Below, piece after piece: positions 1 to 12,264 of a stretch of 64,000 bases of DNA. Origin of the DNA: Lepidodermella squamata. Its lineage: Eukaryota; Animalia; Gastrotricha. The DNA lies in NCBI GenBank assembly GCA_047495785.1, contig JBLDXI010000032.1:4278001-4342000 (forward strand), read 5' to 3'. The position numbers were made by a program, and so were the translations under genes. The stretch's first letter is position 1; each line of letters starts with the position of its first letter. Under the pieces are notes generated by a model. It was not told the origin of the DNA. It saw only the letters and a program-made list of their open reading frames with translations, and ran no database searches.

Positions 1-1031
1 AAACGAAAAGGAAAGAGGTGAAAACAAATTAATTTTCAAATTTATACTATCATTCATAGGCACGAATAAAAACTGTTGTGAATAAAGCGTGAGTGCTGAG
101 GTATAGATGAGTCCCAGGGCCGGAAATGCGTGTCAGCGGGCATCATAGCATATTCGTCACGTAGTAGTAGTGCTATACGTGCAAAGCCTGAAAGCATAAA
201 GATGCTTAAAAGCGGCGCAGAGCTGAGTTTACTATTACACGAAAATCACGCGAGTCATGAAATGAATTAGGTATAAAGTATACAAAATGCCCGCTGCGAG
301 CATTAGCTAGTACTCTGCGGCAACAGCTAAAATCGATTTTTCAGAATTGCAAAATGGGGACAAGATCGATAGCGAGAATTTTCACCGGGCGTTTATATTG
401 CTACATATTAAGGCAATTTCGTTATTATTTATCGCGTGTGTAAAGAATAAAGCGGCTGAGGTCTCAGGTCAGCTGCTACTTATGTGGCGAAAAGTAGCAG
501 ACTCATCTCACATTTGTATTTGCCAGCGTGAAATTACTACTAGCTGTCTTTACTACACGCGGTTACAAGTGCAGCTGCAGAGCGCGCGCGTGATGAAGCA
601 GTCCCAGAGCAAACAATCACGCGCTTCACTCTGCAGATAACACTATAAGAGTATACCTATGTCTATTATACGCCAGAGAATGTCACGAGTTCACGAGCAG
701 TATGCAGTATGTATGTAGCAATAATTATTGAATAATCTTGAATAATTTGTCATCATTGATAACCATAAAATAATGGTATAACAATTTTTTTTCAAAATTT
801 CGCAGATTTTAAAGGTGCTGACTTCGGAGATTTGATAAGATTGACAGCGTTAAAATTAAATGATAATATCCAAGCGCATATTTTTTCAATCAGCAGCAAA
901 GGCTAATGGAGCGGCCCAAGAAAAATTGAATTGTCAGAGTCCTTTACGCCCGGCTTGGTTTCACCCATGTAAACATGAGTCGAAAAACATTTCAATAATA
1001 CAAATCGACGGAAAAACTCATCCGCATAAAA

Positions 1032-3645
1032 ATGGCTGCGTTGTTGCTTGCTGTTAATTTTTTGCTGGTGTTAAGTTTTGCCAACTCTCAGGCGCCGACA
1101 ATGAAAGCTATGAATCAGGCTGCCATGGCGCAGAAGTTTGCCGCAGGTAAGAGGCTCTTCGCTGTTTTGTGCCCCAAATGAGTAAATAATCGAAATAGGC
1201 GACATGCATTCACTGCTACGACGCATTTTCACGCATTACGACAAAGAAGTGATGCCTACAAGGCAGGTTTTATAACGCATCTCGTTGTCAATTTGCTATA
1301 ATTTGGCTATAATAATTTTGCCAGACCAGTATTTGTGCATCTCGATGTCCTTCTGCTACGAGTAAAGTCAACCGTCGAAAAAGAGGTTGGCTATGCTTTA
1401 TATCCCTTAGTTATTCGATTTACCGAAGTGAATTTCGCAGGGAATTTTCGAGTCAGTCATCGCCCTTTTCGTCAACTGGCATGACAGGAGGATGGTTAGT
1501 TGAATGTATTTCAGGCGCATGTTACATTTTAAGCTCTTGACCAGGTTTGGAACCCGGCTCAATACGATAATATCTCACTGCTAGCATTCGATTCAGAAAA
1601 GGTCTGGTTACCAGACATTGCGGTAATTTAAGCCACAAGCATGGATGTCAATAGATCCAATTAATTTTTAATTTTCAAGCTGACCAACTCTGCAGATCAC
1701 TTGTATTCGATTTCCAGAGATTTTCGTTTTGTTGTACGCGTTACAAACGATGGCCAACTAAAATATGTTCCTACAGGTGAAAATTCAATATATTTTCTAA
1801 AGATTCCCTCATGCGCTAATCTATAGGCACTGCGAGGACGTGGTGTCAGCTGAGATTGCTGACGTTTCCTTTCGATTTGCAAACATGTTCGCTGGAGTTC
1901 GAATCTTGGTCCTTGGAATCTGACACTCTACAGGTTAACGATTTAATTTTCGATATAATTTCGTCCGTAAATTTCATTTTCTATTTAGTTTGATACTAAG
2001 GGCCACCTTGTTGTAGACCCATCTTTTGGTATGATGGATTTCCAAGTCGATATCAAACCTAACTAATTTTGTTCACAGGATCTAATGAGTGGCACCTTTG
2101 TAGCTACACCTCAACGGTAAGGGTATCGTTCTTGTTTTGAGACGGATAGTTTTATAGTTGATTTTCTGTTAGATATACAACCACACTTACGAATTCACCG
2201 GCGAAACATTTGCCAGAATCCGTTTCGATTTCACGGTATTTATACGATACAATTTCTCGAATATAAAACCACGCTGAGTTTTAGGCTCGTCGGAAATCGA
2301 CTTTCTACATGCTCAATATAGTATTCCCATGTGCAACGCTCTCCCTCATTCAATTGCTGGTCTTCGTAATTCCTTCCTCGGAAACGACCTGCGATCGAAC
2401 CGGCTTCGGTACCACCAACTTGCTAACTCTAGTCGTGTTTCAGACAATCGCAACTGAAGAAATGGTAAGAAGATCGAACTCATAACACTATATTTCTGTT
2501 GATTCGTGCTCTTCTTTCAGCCGAAAACAAGCGATGCTGTGACCTCGTTATCCAAGTACATAATTGCCCTCATCATCTTAGCCTCGTTCGGCATTTTCGA
2601 ATCGGTCATGGTCGATCGAATGCTCCGTGTAGTCGCTGAACCGCCACCCGGTTGGGCAATCTCGATCACCAGTCTGATACCAATTATGTGGCGTGACAAA
2701 GATTCGATCAAACCTGAGAGCTGCACTGATGTACTTACCATATCAATTTTATTTGATCGGAAAATCTTGAAACTTTTCATTTAGGAAATACTTTCGAAGC
2801 ACCTCCATTCGATGAGCAAGCGGAATGAATCGACTGCTTTCAGACAATCTAGAGACTCGACGGGACGATCATCTACTGGGAAGAAGATCAAAGGTGATGC
2901 GAAGAGCATGTTTTCACGGTTAATGCTGCGTCTGCCACGATTGAAAAAAATCAAGAAGAATCGCGTAGAAAACTCGAAATACCGCGACTTTTTCGAGCAC
3001 GCAAATGAAGCGAATTCATCGCCGGATTGGGCTCAAAGATTGAGGAAGCCGTCAATATCTCGCCCCGCTACATGCGACAGCTTGAATGCCTTAACCGATG
3101 AGCCTGTTAATGAAGAGCCTGTTGTTGGATCAGATGGACTGATCGGTGAGTCGAAGAGTGACAAAGGCTCAACTGCCGAGTCTGAATTCGAGAAGGACGA
3201 CTTGTATCTACCGCCCAGACGACGTAGCAACAGTCGTGGAGGGGCCGGTCGGCGTGTATCTCGAATGCCTAGTTCTCGCTATTCGGGCTCTCGGGCCTCG
3301 GAAATTCGCGAACGAGCTTCGATTAATTTCCGAGGCTTGCCTGAATTGGACGATGATGAGCTGCCTGAAACGCGTTCGCAGCTCGAAGCAACCGTTGCGC
3401 GACCGTCAATTCTTAGCAAGCCGCTTGATCAGCGACGCTTGGCCTATGCCAAGCGGCGGCTGTACCATCAGCGAAACGCCCTGTTATGGGCTGAAATTGT
3501 CACTCGAATCGACATTATTTCATTCATCATCTGCACAACTTGCGCCGTCGTTATTCCGGCAATTTTGTTCGCGCCTTTGGTCTCGGATTCCGAATGTCCG
3601 GAGAACAAAGATAATAACCAAACATACACTGGCCCAGACGGCTAA
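1032..3645 (+). CDS. Cys-loop ligand-gated ion channel subunit (nAChR/5-HT3-like, non-alpha), 13 exons
   Basis: Exons 1032-1146, 1199-1262, 1325-1385, 1441-1494, 1545-1622, 1680-1776, 1827-1933, 1989-2028, 2079-2116, 2173-2235, 2285-2464, 2521-2730, 2785-3645. Signal peptide MAALLLAVNFLLV, YDKEVMP, WHDRRMVWNP, VWLPDI (loop A), Cys-loop CQLRLLTFPFDLQTC (C-X13-C), ESWS (loop B), M1-M3 (RRKSTFYMLNIVFP...PKTSD), long M3-M4 loop, M4 RIDIISFII. No vicinal Cys in loop C. Confidence 0.92.
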
Positions 3646-3941
3646 CATTACCTTGATCATATAGCCTGTTTATTTCTGTATTGGCAATCGAAGTTTCCGA
3701 TTCATGTCGAGATTACACGATACTAGTCTATTCAATACGTTTCGTCGTCTTTTGGCTGGGCATGCATCGCCATGTTTAATTTAAGCAGCTACTTCTTCAA
3801 TAATTGAACAAGGCGGGTAAAAGAATAAATAGTAAATAGTAATGGTACATTTGTTAAGATTGAGCATTATATTTCGGAAGGGACCTGCGGCAAACCAGCC
3901 ACTATAATTTTTGAAGTTTGAATTCATTAGTTAGACCGAGG

Positions 3942-6715
3942 ATGAATTTGCCCTCGAATAACCTGCTAACAGCTTTGATTTTGATGCTCGGTCGAATTGA
4001 TTTGGCCCTAGGTCAATGTACTCCCACCTGTAACATCAATCGTAAGATTACTGAATTGATTACTGAAACTTCATCAAAGTTCAAATTTTAGCATCGAGAA
4101 ACTGCCCGTCTGGCTACGTTTATAACTCATGCTACGACAGCTGTTATCTTATCAATACGTAGGTATACTTCGATTGAAGGTAAAAAATAATAATTTTTCG
4201 GTTCAGAGCTGCAACTGCGTATCAGACTGCTCTGCGAGCATGCATGAAAGTTGGGGCACATTTCTTCGTGCCAAATAGTCAGGCGGAACTTGGCAATATT
4301 ACGGCGCAACTCTCGACTTCGAACGAATTCTACATCGGTTTACAAGATTGGGCCAGGCGAGGTGGCGGAGGGTCCCTCTGGCCATTTTCCTCAGGCTACG
4401 TAGCTGACAATGGTAAAGATTTTTCCAAACGGGGCGAGGAATATCGTCAATAGTGATTTTTAGATAGAATTTTCAACTGGATGGACGGTTCAAAGCCTAG
4501 CATTTCAGCTTTGACAATCACGAAAAACACCACAAACAACCTTTTCTACGATAAATCAAAGCCGTGGCTTGCGTGGACAGATGTACCGGCAGCGTCTAGC
4601 TTCACTGTTGCCCTGAAATTTGTCAGTGGAAATTGGGCACTCATAGCGGAGAGTGATTTCTCAAGAACCAAGGGTTACATCTGCGAATACTCAACAGCTT
4701 GCGCTAGTTGCCCGGCTGGTTGGGTCAAATACATCGACCAGTGTTTTATTTTCAGTACGACCGATTTTACCTCCAGCGCGGCATACAACTACTGCAAGTC
4801 GACTGATGCAAATTCTTACGTTTGGGTGCCTAGGACGGAGGCCATGTTGGTTTATCAGCGAATGAGGACCAACGAATTTTCGAAGGAGATGTGGCTTGGA
4901 ATTTATAGAAAAAGTATGTGGTCATGAATCTTCTTTCTTCTTTCATTGAAGGCTGTTTTATTTGGCGCGTTGCAGGTCAGAGATGGATATGGGCAGACTT
5001 GAATGACACAATTTTGGCCAGCGAGCCGTGCGATATGAAAACCAGCGAACCTGAAGCTTCGGATGAGGCAATTAAATCGGTCAGCTCGATCAAATTTTAA
5101 TTTATCATAACTATGCTTGAAAAAAAGTTGTTTTCGCTTTTGAAAGATAAAAGGAGAAGAAAAATTAAACAAAACTTGCTGCTTGAGTAGGTTCCGGACT
5201 CGTCGACGGCAGCCGCAATTAGAGATGGTTGGGAAGGCTGGCAAGGCTCATCGAACAACAACAAAGGCGTCGGTTGCCAACAACCAGCCACACTGCAGTA
5301 TGCTGGGCTCTCAACTGTGACGGACTCCCCAGCTGTCCGCGAGCCGGCTCAGACTTCCTCAAACCCTCCTACGAGTTGCCAGGATCCGATCTGCTCGCTA
5401 AATGGTTGGATTGAGTAATTACTTCAGTCCAAAATGTGAAACTACTTTTTAGTTACTTGCCCCGTCGGTTATCAGTACAATAGCTGTTTCGATAGCTGCT
5501 ATTTCTATTCAACGTTAGTTTTTAACAGCTCTATTTTTCTGTAAAATAATTTATTTCAATAGGTCAGCAGAGCATCATTTAGTCGCGCTGCAGAAGTGCA
5601 CAGAAAATGGCGCTCATTTCTTCGTCCCGAGCTCGAAGGAGGAACTGGACGCTGTCATGAATGATGCTAAGAAGGGTAATTCCTATTGGCTGGGCCTGCA
5701 AGACTACGCACGGCGAGGTGGTGGCAGTTCAGTCTGGACCCTATCAAACGGGTTCGTCGCAGATCCGGGTAGATAGTTACACTTTTCACTGCTATTATGC
5801 GGGTGTGACTTATTGTTGACTCTTTAGATGGAATTTACAATTGGATGGACGGCATGGCTCCTGCCATCGGGCCTCGATTTACTTGGCAGTATGACGATGA
5901 CAGTTTTGGAGCTAGTGCGATGCCATGGCTGAGGTTCAGCGCTAGCCCTTTAGTCAAAACAGATTTCACGTTTTATTTGAAGTATCAAAACAACAAACAA
6001 TGGCAGGTTAGCAGCTCTGCTAACTATTCCGGACCATTCAACTACATCTGCGAATATTCTCGAGCCTGCTCGACCTGTCCCAGTGGTTGGGTCAAATTCA
6101 ACGACATATGCTTTTTATCAAAACGCGATGTAGCCGCCGATTTATGGGGATGCCGTGATAAGTGTGCGGCCGAGTTAGCAGGTGCGATCATATTCTCACC
6201 CCGAACGGAAGCACTGAACTTGTTTGCCAGAACTACGGCTAATCGTCTCGGCATCCAGTTGAGAATCGGTGTGTGGTGCTACAGTCCCCGTTTGTTTTAT
6301 TTGAAATAATGGCTTCGTTTCCTAAATTCTACATCTCATAACAGCTAATGAGCCGTGGACATGGCACTGGATTGATGGTTCACTGGTATCATCTACTAGT
6401 GATCCATTAGACGTTGTCTCGGGAGAGCCTGTGCAAAACAATTTCGCGATGTTTTGCAACCCTGAATCGGCATCAGGTGCAGCCAATATTCGTGATAATT
6501 TTGGAGGTTGGCGTAGCATCAATCACGCCTCAAACTTGCCACTATCGTGTCAGATCAATGCAACAGCTGCAACTTATGTCCTCACGACGACAACTTCGAC
6601 TACAACGACTACAACTACCACCACAACTACCACTACGACGACGACGACTGACGGAATTTTGAATATCTTGCGAGAAAAGAAAATACCAATTGTAGAGTAT
6701 CGGGTCAATGGCTGA
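3942..6715 (+). CDS. Secreted protein with four C-type-lectin-like domains and Thr-rich tail (~10 exons)
   Basis: ATG 3942 with signal peptide; approximate exons 3942-4041, 4092-4158, 4207-4412, 4464-4913, 4976-5079, 5191-5404, 5453-5513, 5563-5768, 5828-6288, 6344-6715. CTLD hallmarks CPxGW/Y..C, FYIGLQD, YWLGLQD, MWLGI, WMDG/WIDG, YICEY; the two halves are an internal duplicate. Some boundaries uncertain. Confidence 0.75.
6584..6649 (+). repeat. (ACN)n coding trinucleotide repeat encoding poly-Thr
   Basis: acgacgacaacttcgactacaacgactacaactaccaccacaactaccactacgacgacgacgact, in frame in the last CTL exon. Confidence 0.85.
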
Positions 6716-6779
6716 GCTGGTATAAAATTATAATGAACGCCAAACTTGAAAAATCGGATAATTTTATTTAGTAATTTTT

Positions 6780-7418
6780 TCAAGCTTCAGCGTAAATTTG
6801 CTTCACGGTGAAAATAGCATTGTTCCGTCGAAATATTGAGCTTCTAAGCCAAAGCTTGTAACCCATCAAGACGTCCATTATTGAATAAACTAACAGCGAT
6901 AAAAGTCCGACGATTGTTGTAGCTGACATGAGAATCACTGCTACTTCAAATCCGACCGGTAGCTGGCAGTCTGTGATTTCCTTTCCTGCCTTATTTTTCG
7001 CCTCTGATCTTATCTTGTTGAGTTCGATTACAGCCTTTCGACAGCCCGTTGAGAGAAAGCAGTAGGCAGCAACAATGAGAACGGTCGAGCTGAATAGAAT
7101 CAGGAACATGAGCGTATTTGAAAGATGAAGTTCCAGGTACGGCCACAAGCCTTCTTTCGACCATCGACTAAGAGGTTTCAGCTTCGTTTCAATTGCTATA
7201 TTGAACGGCGAGCCACAAATATCGCACAACACTCGCCCCGAAATATGTTGAGCATTCGGTAGTTGTTTTTCGAGACATCGCTTGTGCACGTGAGATTGGC
7301 TGCCTTTACATAGACATATGTCAGAAAAGAAATCTCGTCCAGCTATCTCATTTACATCCACAGCCTCGAGGCAGTATCGACACATCAAATTGTCATCGGC
7401 CTCCGAATCTTCGTCCAT
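6780..7418 (-). CDS. RINGv (MARCH-like) membrane E3 ubiquitin ligase, copy 2, intronless
   Basis: C4HC3 pattern CRYC...CLCKGSQSHVHKRC...CDIC followed by two hydrophobic TM segments; first ATG at 7418 (ORF track starts at a TTG). Confidence 0.85.
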   Translation of the reverse strand: MDEDSEADDNLMCRYCLEAVDVNEIAGRDFFSDICLCKGSQSHVHKRCLEKQLPNAQHISGRVLCDICGSPFNIAIETKLKPLSRWSKEGLWPYLELHLSNTLMFLILFSSTVLIVAAYCFLSTGCRKAVIELNKIRSEAKNKAGKEITDCQLPVGFEVAVILMSATTIVGLLSLLVYSIMDVLMGYKLWLRSSIFRRNNAIFTVKQIYAEA

Positions 7419-7495
7419 TTCGAACTTCACTTCAGGAGCGAGAAAATTTTCACCAAGCAGCAATATTTTCAAGTTGGATTTTTTATTTAATTTAT

Positions 7496-8320
7496 TTACA
7501 CTAAATGGTGTGTTTCTCGGTGTTCACGTTGCTTCATTTGAAAAATTGCTGAGAAACCTGTTTTCATGGCCTCCTTATCATTATTCTGATCAGGTTCTTT
7601 GATGTCAGATTCACTCGGGATCGGATTAACTAACACCAACTTTGCAACAGGAGGGGAAATGAAAGAAATGATTTCAACTGTTCGATTGAGAGCCTGGCAC
7701 CTGAGGCGCCATTTTAGTGTCAGTTTGTAGAATTGGAAAACTGCAAATACCAACCAGAAAAATAGCGTCAGACTGAGGCATATCCACAACGCCCCATGCC
7801 AGTCTGGAGGTTCAGGCTCGCCTTCAAGCGCGATATAGGGCTTGCCACTCAGCGAATCGATTCCTAGCTGTCCGGTCCATATGCCAACAAAAAAAAGCAA
7901 AGAGCTGATAACGAGGGAAATAGCGACACCAATTAGGTTCCACCAGGTAAGTTCAGGAAATCGACAGAAACTGCTCCGTTTTACGTTGCCGAGTCGTGAG
8001 ATGTTATAAGGAGCTTTACAATGCTCGCACGCTACTGCGATGAGGCTTGATCGCGAAGTCGGATTCTCAGCTCTGAAGAGTAGCTTTTCCTCCAAGCAGT
8101 GCTTGTGCGCGACCACGCCTCGGCACAAGCAAATGTTGACGTACAAATCATCATGTTGATTCTGCGACGATGAGCAAATACTGCAAAATCGTATTTTTGT
8201 TGTGCTTTGACAAGCAGCCTCCAATCGATTGCTTGCATTTAGGTTTCCATTGCTAATTTCGAATGCATTGTTAGTGCGAATCTGAAGAAGTCGTGTATTT
8301 TTCGAGTCTTCTTCGGCCAT
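7496..8320 (-). CDS. RINGv (MARCH-like) membrane E3 ubiquitin ligase, copy 1, intronless
   Basis: CSIC...CLCRGVVAHKHC...CEHC plus two TM segments; ATG at 8320; minus-strand AATAAA at 7482-7487 and 7491-7496. Confidence 0.85.
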   Translation of the reverse strand: MAEEDSKNTRLLQIRTNNAFEISNGNLNASNRLEAACQSTTKIRFCSICSSSQNQHDDLYVNICLCRGVVAHKHCLEEKLLFRAENPTSRSSLIAVACEHCKAPYNISRLGNVKRSSFCRFPELTWWNLIGVAISLVISSLLFFVGIWTGQLGIDSLSGKPYIALEGEPEPPDWHGALWICLSLTLFFWLVFAVFQFYKLTLKWRLRCQALNRTVEIISFISPPVAKLVLVNPIPSESDIKEPDQNNDKEAMKTGFSAIFQMKQREHRETHHLV

Positions 8321-9894
8321 TATCAAAGCTTTATATTAAACGTAAATGTTTATTATCTCTATTTCAGGTTATTGAGGCCAAAAGTTGTTTATGCAAGGCA
8401 CGTTTCAACTTCGCTATAATCGGACTTGAGTTGAAATGAATAATTTAGATTTGCCATTCGTTAAACTATTATACCATAGTTTATATCGTAGTTTTCTCAT
8501 TCGATTGCAAATAAATTTTATGTCTATTCCTCCAAGCCTGATACGCAACAGAATTCTGCGGTGTATGTTGGAGTTCTGAAAGCTGAGGTGAGGTTGATTT
8601 TGCTCAATCAATCAGGGAAGCAGGGAAAGCAGAAATGTTTACAGCACACCTTATTGGCATATTAATATGGGTGTCTTTTTATTTCGGGAAGCTCAGGTGT
8701 AGGCACCGAATGACAGATTTTTTATGTAAACACCAGAGGTTTTCGGGTAACGAAGTCTTCTACACAGCTCCAAATTTTCATTTCAAGATGGGCTTCAGAA
8801 GTGAGCGACCTGAAAATTTGGGGTGAATAAAAAAAACACACCCAATGAATGAACGTTCAGGCACGTGCCCCACAATAATAAATCAATAAAGCAAAAAAGT
8901 TTAAGCACATCAAACATTTTAGTAGTAATTTCAGGCTTGAAACAAACGTCACTGAAGAGTTCTGCTGACCACAGAACGAAACCGGTCTGACACAAGTCGT
9001 TTCACACTGAAATAATTATCTTATTCATGGAAAATACCCAGTCTCTTGGCGACAGTGTAGGTACTACAGTAGAATAGTAGGTTTTTTATTTATTTTCATT
9101 AACAATTTTTTAAATTAGCGGTGATCAAATTTATTTTTCATTTTTTAATCTTCAATTGTTTCAATTTGGGGGGCAAGCCCCCCAACCCCCTACCTCTCAT
9201 TTTACCAAGTTGTTGACGAGCGCTACATGGCGGGCAGAGAGATTTCTTGATTCTCTTAGTCACATGGCAGAGGCATCTTCGTCTACGCTTGTACAATACA
9301 TTCGTAGGGAATGATTTACCTAAATGAATAATTAAGATTTGCAATTCCACGTAGAGCTCTCAACATTGGGATTATGCTCGATAAATACATAGATAAATTC
9401 GTTAACTGATAACTGATATATATCATATCAACTGATTATACCATAGTTTACACCGTATTTTTCTCATTCCATTGAACATTTTATCGAGATTTTAAAATGC
9501 CCGGCATTATTGTTTTACAACTCTTACCTCTACCTGATCATCTTATACATATGCGCGAATATGCCTTGCATTGATATTCGAAGTGCTTCAGAGTCCCTCG
9601 AGAGAGTTGTAAAACTTAATAGATCACGTGGCAGCAAATGCACACATCGATTGCATCAAGCCCGCCGAGCTTCGATCGGTGCCTGAAAAAGCTCACGCAT
9701 AAAGCTCGTTTCCTTCCTCAGCCCACTAGCGCAACTCGCATTCACAGTACTGCGTGAAAGAAATTATTTCATATGATTGCGGATTGTGTTTTTTTCCAAT
9801 ACCTATAGTATGCCTATAGTATACCTGTTCGTTATAAATGAAGTTCTGAATTAACCAACCAGCAACCAGCCATGGGCAATTTGACTCTAATAGC

Positions 9895-11962
9895 ATGGCA
9901 AAAGCCTACTGGAAGCTGCTGACCGCCTGTCTAGCCGTGTCGTTCCTCATTTTCCTCGCCCAATTTCTAGTCATCGTATTTCCAAAAGTGCAATACATCT
10001 ACATACAAGAGACGGCAACGGAGCTCGAGCGATTTGAAATGGGCCTTTTCACCGCCTGTTTATCCGTGAAAAATGTCACCAAAATTGACATGTCGGAATA
10101 CACGGCGTTTGGTAGCAGTAATTTTACTCTAGTCATGTGCAAGCCGCTGAGCGAATTCAACTCTCGTTATGTCGAATATCGCCAGGACAAATTTACCTTC
10201 AAACTTCCCGATATTGACTGGCCTGACGTTACGCCAGCCTGCGATGTCTTGAGCTCGCCTTACGTGGCAGGGGCGATAGCAAAAAATGATACCTTATACG
10301 GCGCTCCCCACATTCTATACAGCTGTGTTGATGGCTACAACCCTGCGCGAAAATACGCCGAGGATGCGTTTTGTAAATGCAACGAAACCGACTGCTGGTG
10401 GACAACGCCGATTAAATGCGTTCCCGATGGTGAGAATAAATTTGCAAAATTTTGAAATAATTCCTCTAAATTGTCTTATAGATCAATGCCTGCCTGGAGG
10501 AACTGCTGATACGGATATATGCACGCATGGCGATATTGGATTTACCCATCGACGAGCCATGGAGATGGCAAATGAAATCTTGGAAGATTCAGCAATGAAT
10601 GCGACTCTTCCTTTGTTCGGCACTTATGTTTTTCCGAACTTGATTTTCGAATGTTCCGGTGATTTGCGCCAGTGGGATGTCGTCGCCGCTTCTCCCGGCT
10701 ACGTCTACGTCGATGTTTGGCGACCAGCTGCGACCGGGAAACTCCAACTTGTCGGCTCAAATAGGCTTGTCATCTCGAAACTAGGGCTTCAGGGCTTTCC
10801 AGTTGACCAAGAATCAGAGATACCTGTGCTTCGGGGTGATTTCATCGGAATTCACTACGATGAAGTTGGAAACGCGCCTAAAGCGGCGGTTTTTCTCGAT
10901 TCCCACAATTCCTCTGATACTCATTGTTTCGGCTTCGCAACTTCCGGCCTGGCTTCAACCTGCAATATGCTGCAATTTGTTGGAGATTCGGCTACCTTAG
11001 CTAAAGGCAGCACCTTCAATTCAACTCAATTTGTCCCAACACCGCAGATTATCGTGAATAATGGCTCTTCAAAGTTATTCCCCAAGCACCCTGCTGTGGT
11101 TGGTTACATAACAGTAGGCGGAATGGTAATTAGTGCTGATAATTATGCGGATAATTATTTTTTTTTAAATTTTAATCTATTTTAGCTTCCAAGAAATCAT
11201 AACGCGCTGCAATTTTTAGCAATCAGTACACACCTTGCTATCAGTTTCACCGTCTTGGTGTTAATCTACATATTCTGCTTCATGTGGCGGTTCGACGACA
11301 GGCCGCGGACGCCGGCTACAGACCACGAGGCTTACACGAAAACCTATCGCTGTTACAACAGCGCTGTTTTTCTCATTTTCTACGCCTGCGTTGCTTCTTT
11401 CAACAACTTTGCTCTCATTTTCGTCGACTATAACTGCAACCACTGGGAGCAGTGGAGGGTGGGCATCAGCGGATGGCTGATGCTCGGCGTCGGTGCAACT
11501 AGCGCCGCCTTGGTCGTATTGATTTGCGTGGCGGAAAGCAGCTTCAATCGATACATTACGCCTTCGATTGATTTTGCCCACCTCGCTCTGCTGGAGCGAA
11601 TTAAAGCCGATAGAGAAGCTGCGCAGCAATCATCGCAAAATCAGCCGCCTGTCGCGAACGGGTTCGCCGATTTCGTCGCGACAACTCAGGCTCTGAATCA
11701 ACGCCGCCGAATGAGCCAGCAGCTGCCGAAGAGACGCAGCAGTGTCCGGCGAATGACAGCCAAGGAAAATTTGACGCAACTCAGCATTTCAACGCTGAAT
11801 GCGCTCAAAATGCAAGTCGCCCGCGTTAGAGCTAGCCAACAAACGGCCATTGCGGAACAGCAACCGCGGCGAGAAAGCGCTTATGCGATGTCGTCTCAGC
11901 GGAGCATCAACTGGAATGCTCGTAATTTTCAGCGACAGGCCAACTCTTTTGACGTAATTTGA
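9895..11962 (+). CDS. Claudin/PMP22-superfamily-like tetraspan protein with Sushi/CCP and a second domain in extracellular loop 1 (3 exons)
   Basis: Exons 9895-10429, 10482-11125, 11186-11962. TM1 at N-terminus, GLFTAC...C claudin-like motif, CCP-like C..YSCVDGY..C..W...C, then TM2-TM4 with GISGWL at TM4 and a basic cytoplasmic tail. Confidence 0.7.
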
Positions 11963-12264
11963 CGCGCGGCGTTATTAGCCTTTTTACCGCTGTCTTGCCA
12001 TATGCATTAAAACGCGACAGTTTTATTATGTGTGATTATTCTCTTTTTTCCTTTGTTTGCCTTGTTAGCGGCGCTGCACTTTAAACAATGAGCGTCTGAA
12101 CGTATTGAATCACTACCTTTGTATTAGTTTATTGATAACGAAATAAGACCGGTGTGTAAATGATTAAATCAGAATGCCGGTGATAAGCTGAGAGTGATAA
12201 GCCTAAATCCTCTATTTCACCAAGTTCTTTTACACCCATACTAGCCGGCTGAATTTTTCAAGAC

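Noticed and set aside
347-1057. ORFs 347-640 and 860-1057
   Set aside because: No domain or splice support; the second overlaps the true pLGIC start in another frame
6574-6783. Poly-Val ORF on the minus strand resembling a TM protein
   Set aside because: Antisense shadow of the poly-Thr repeat
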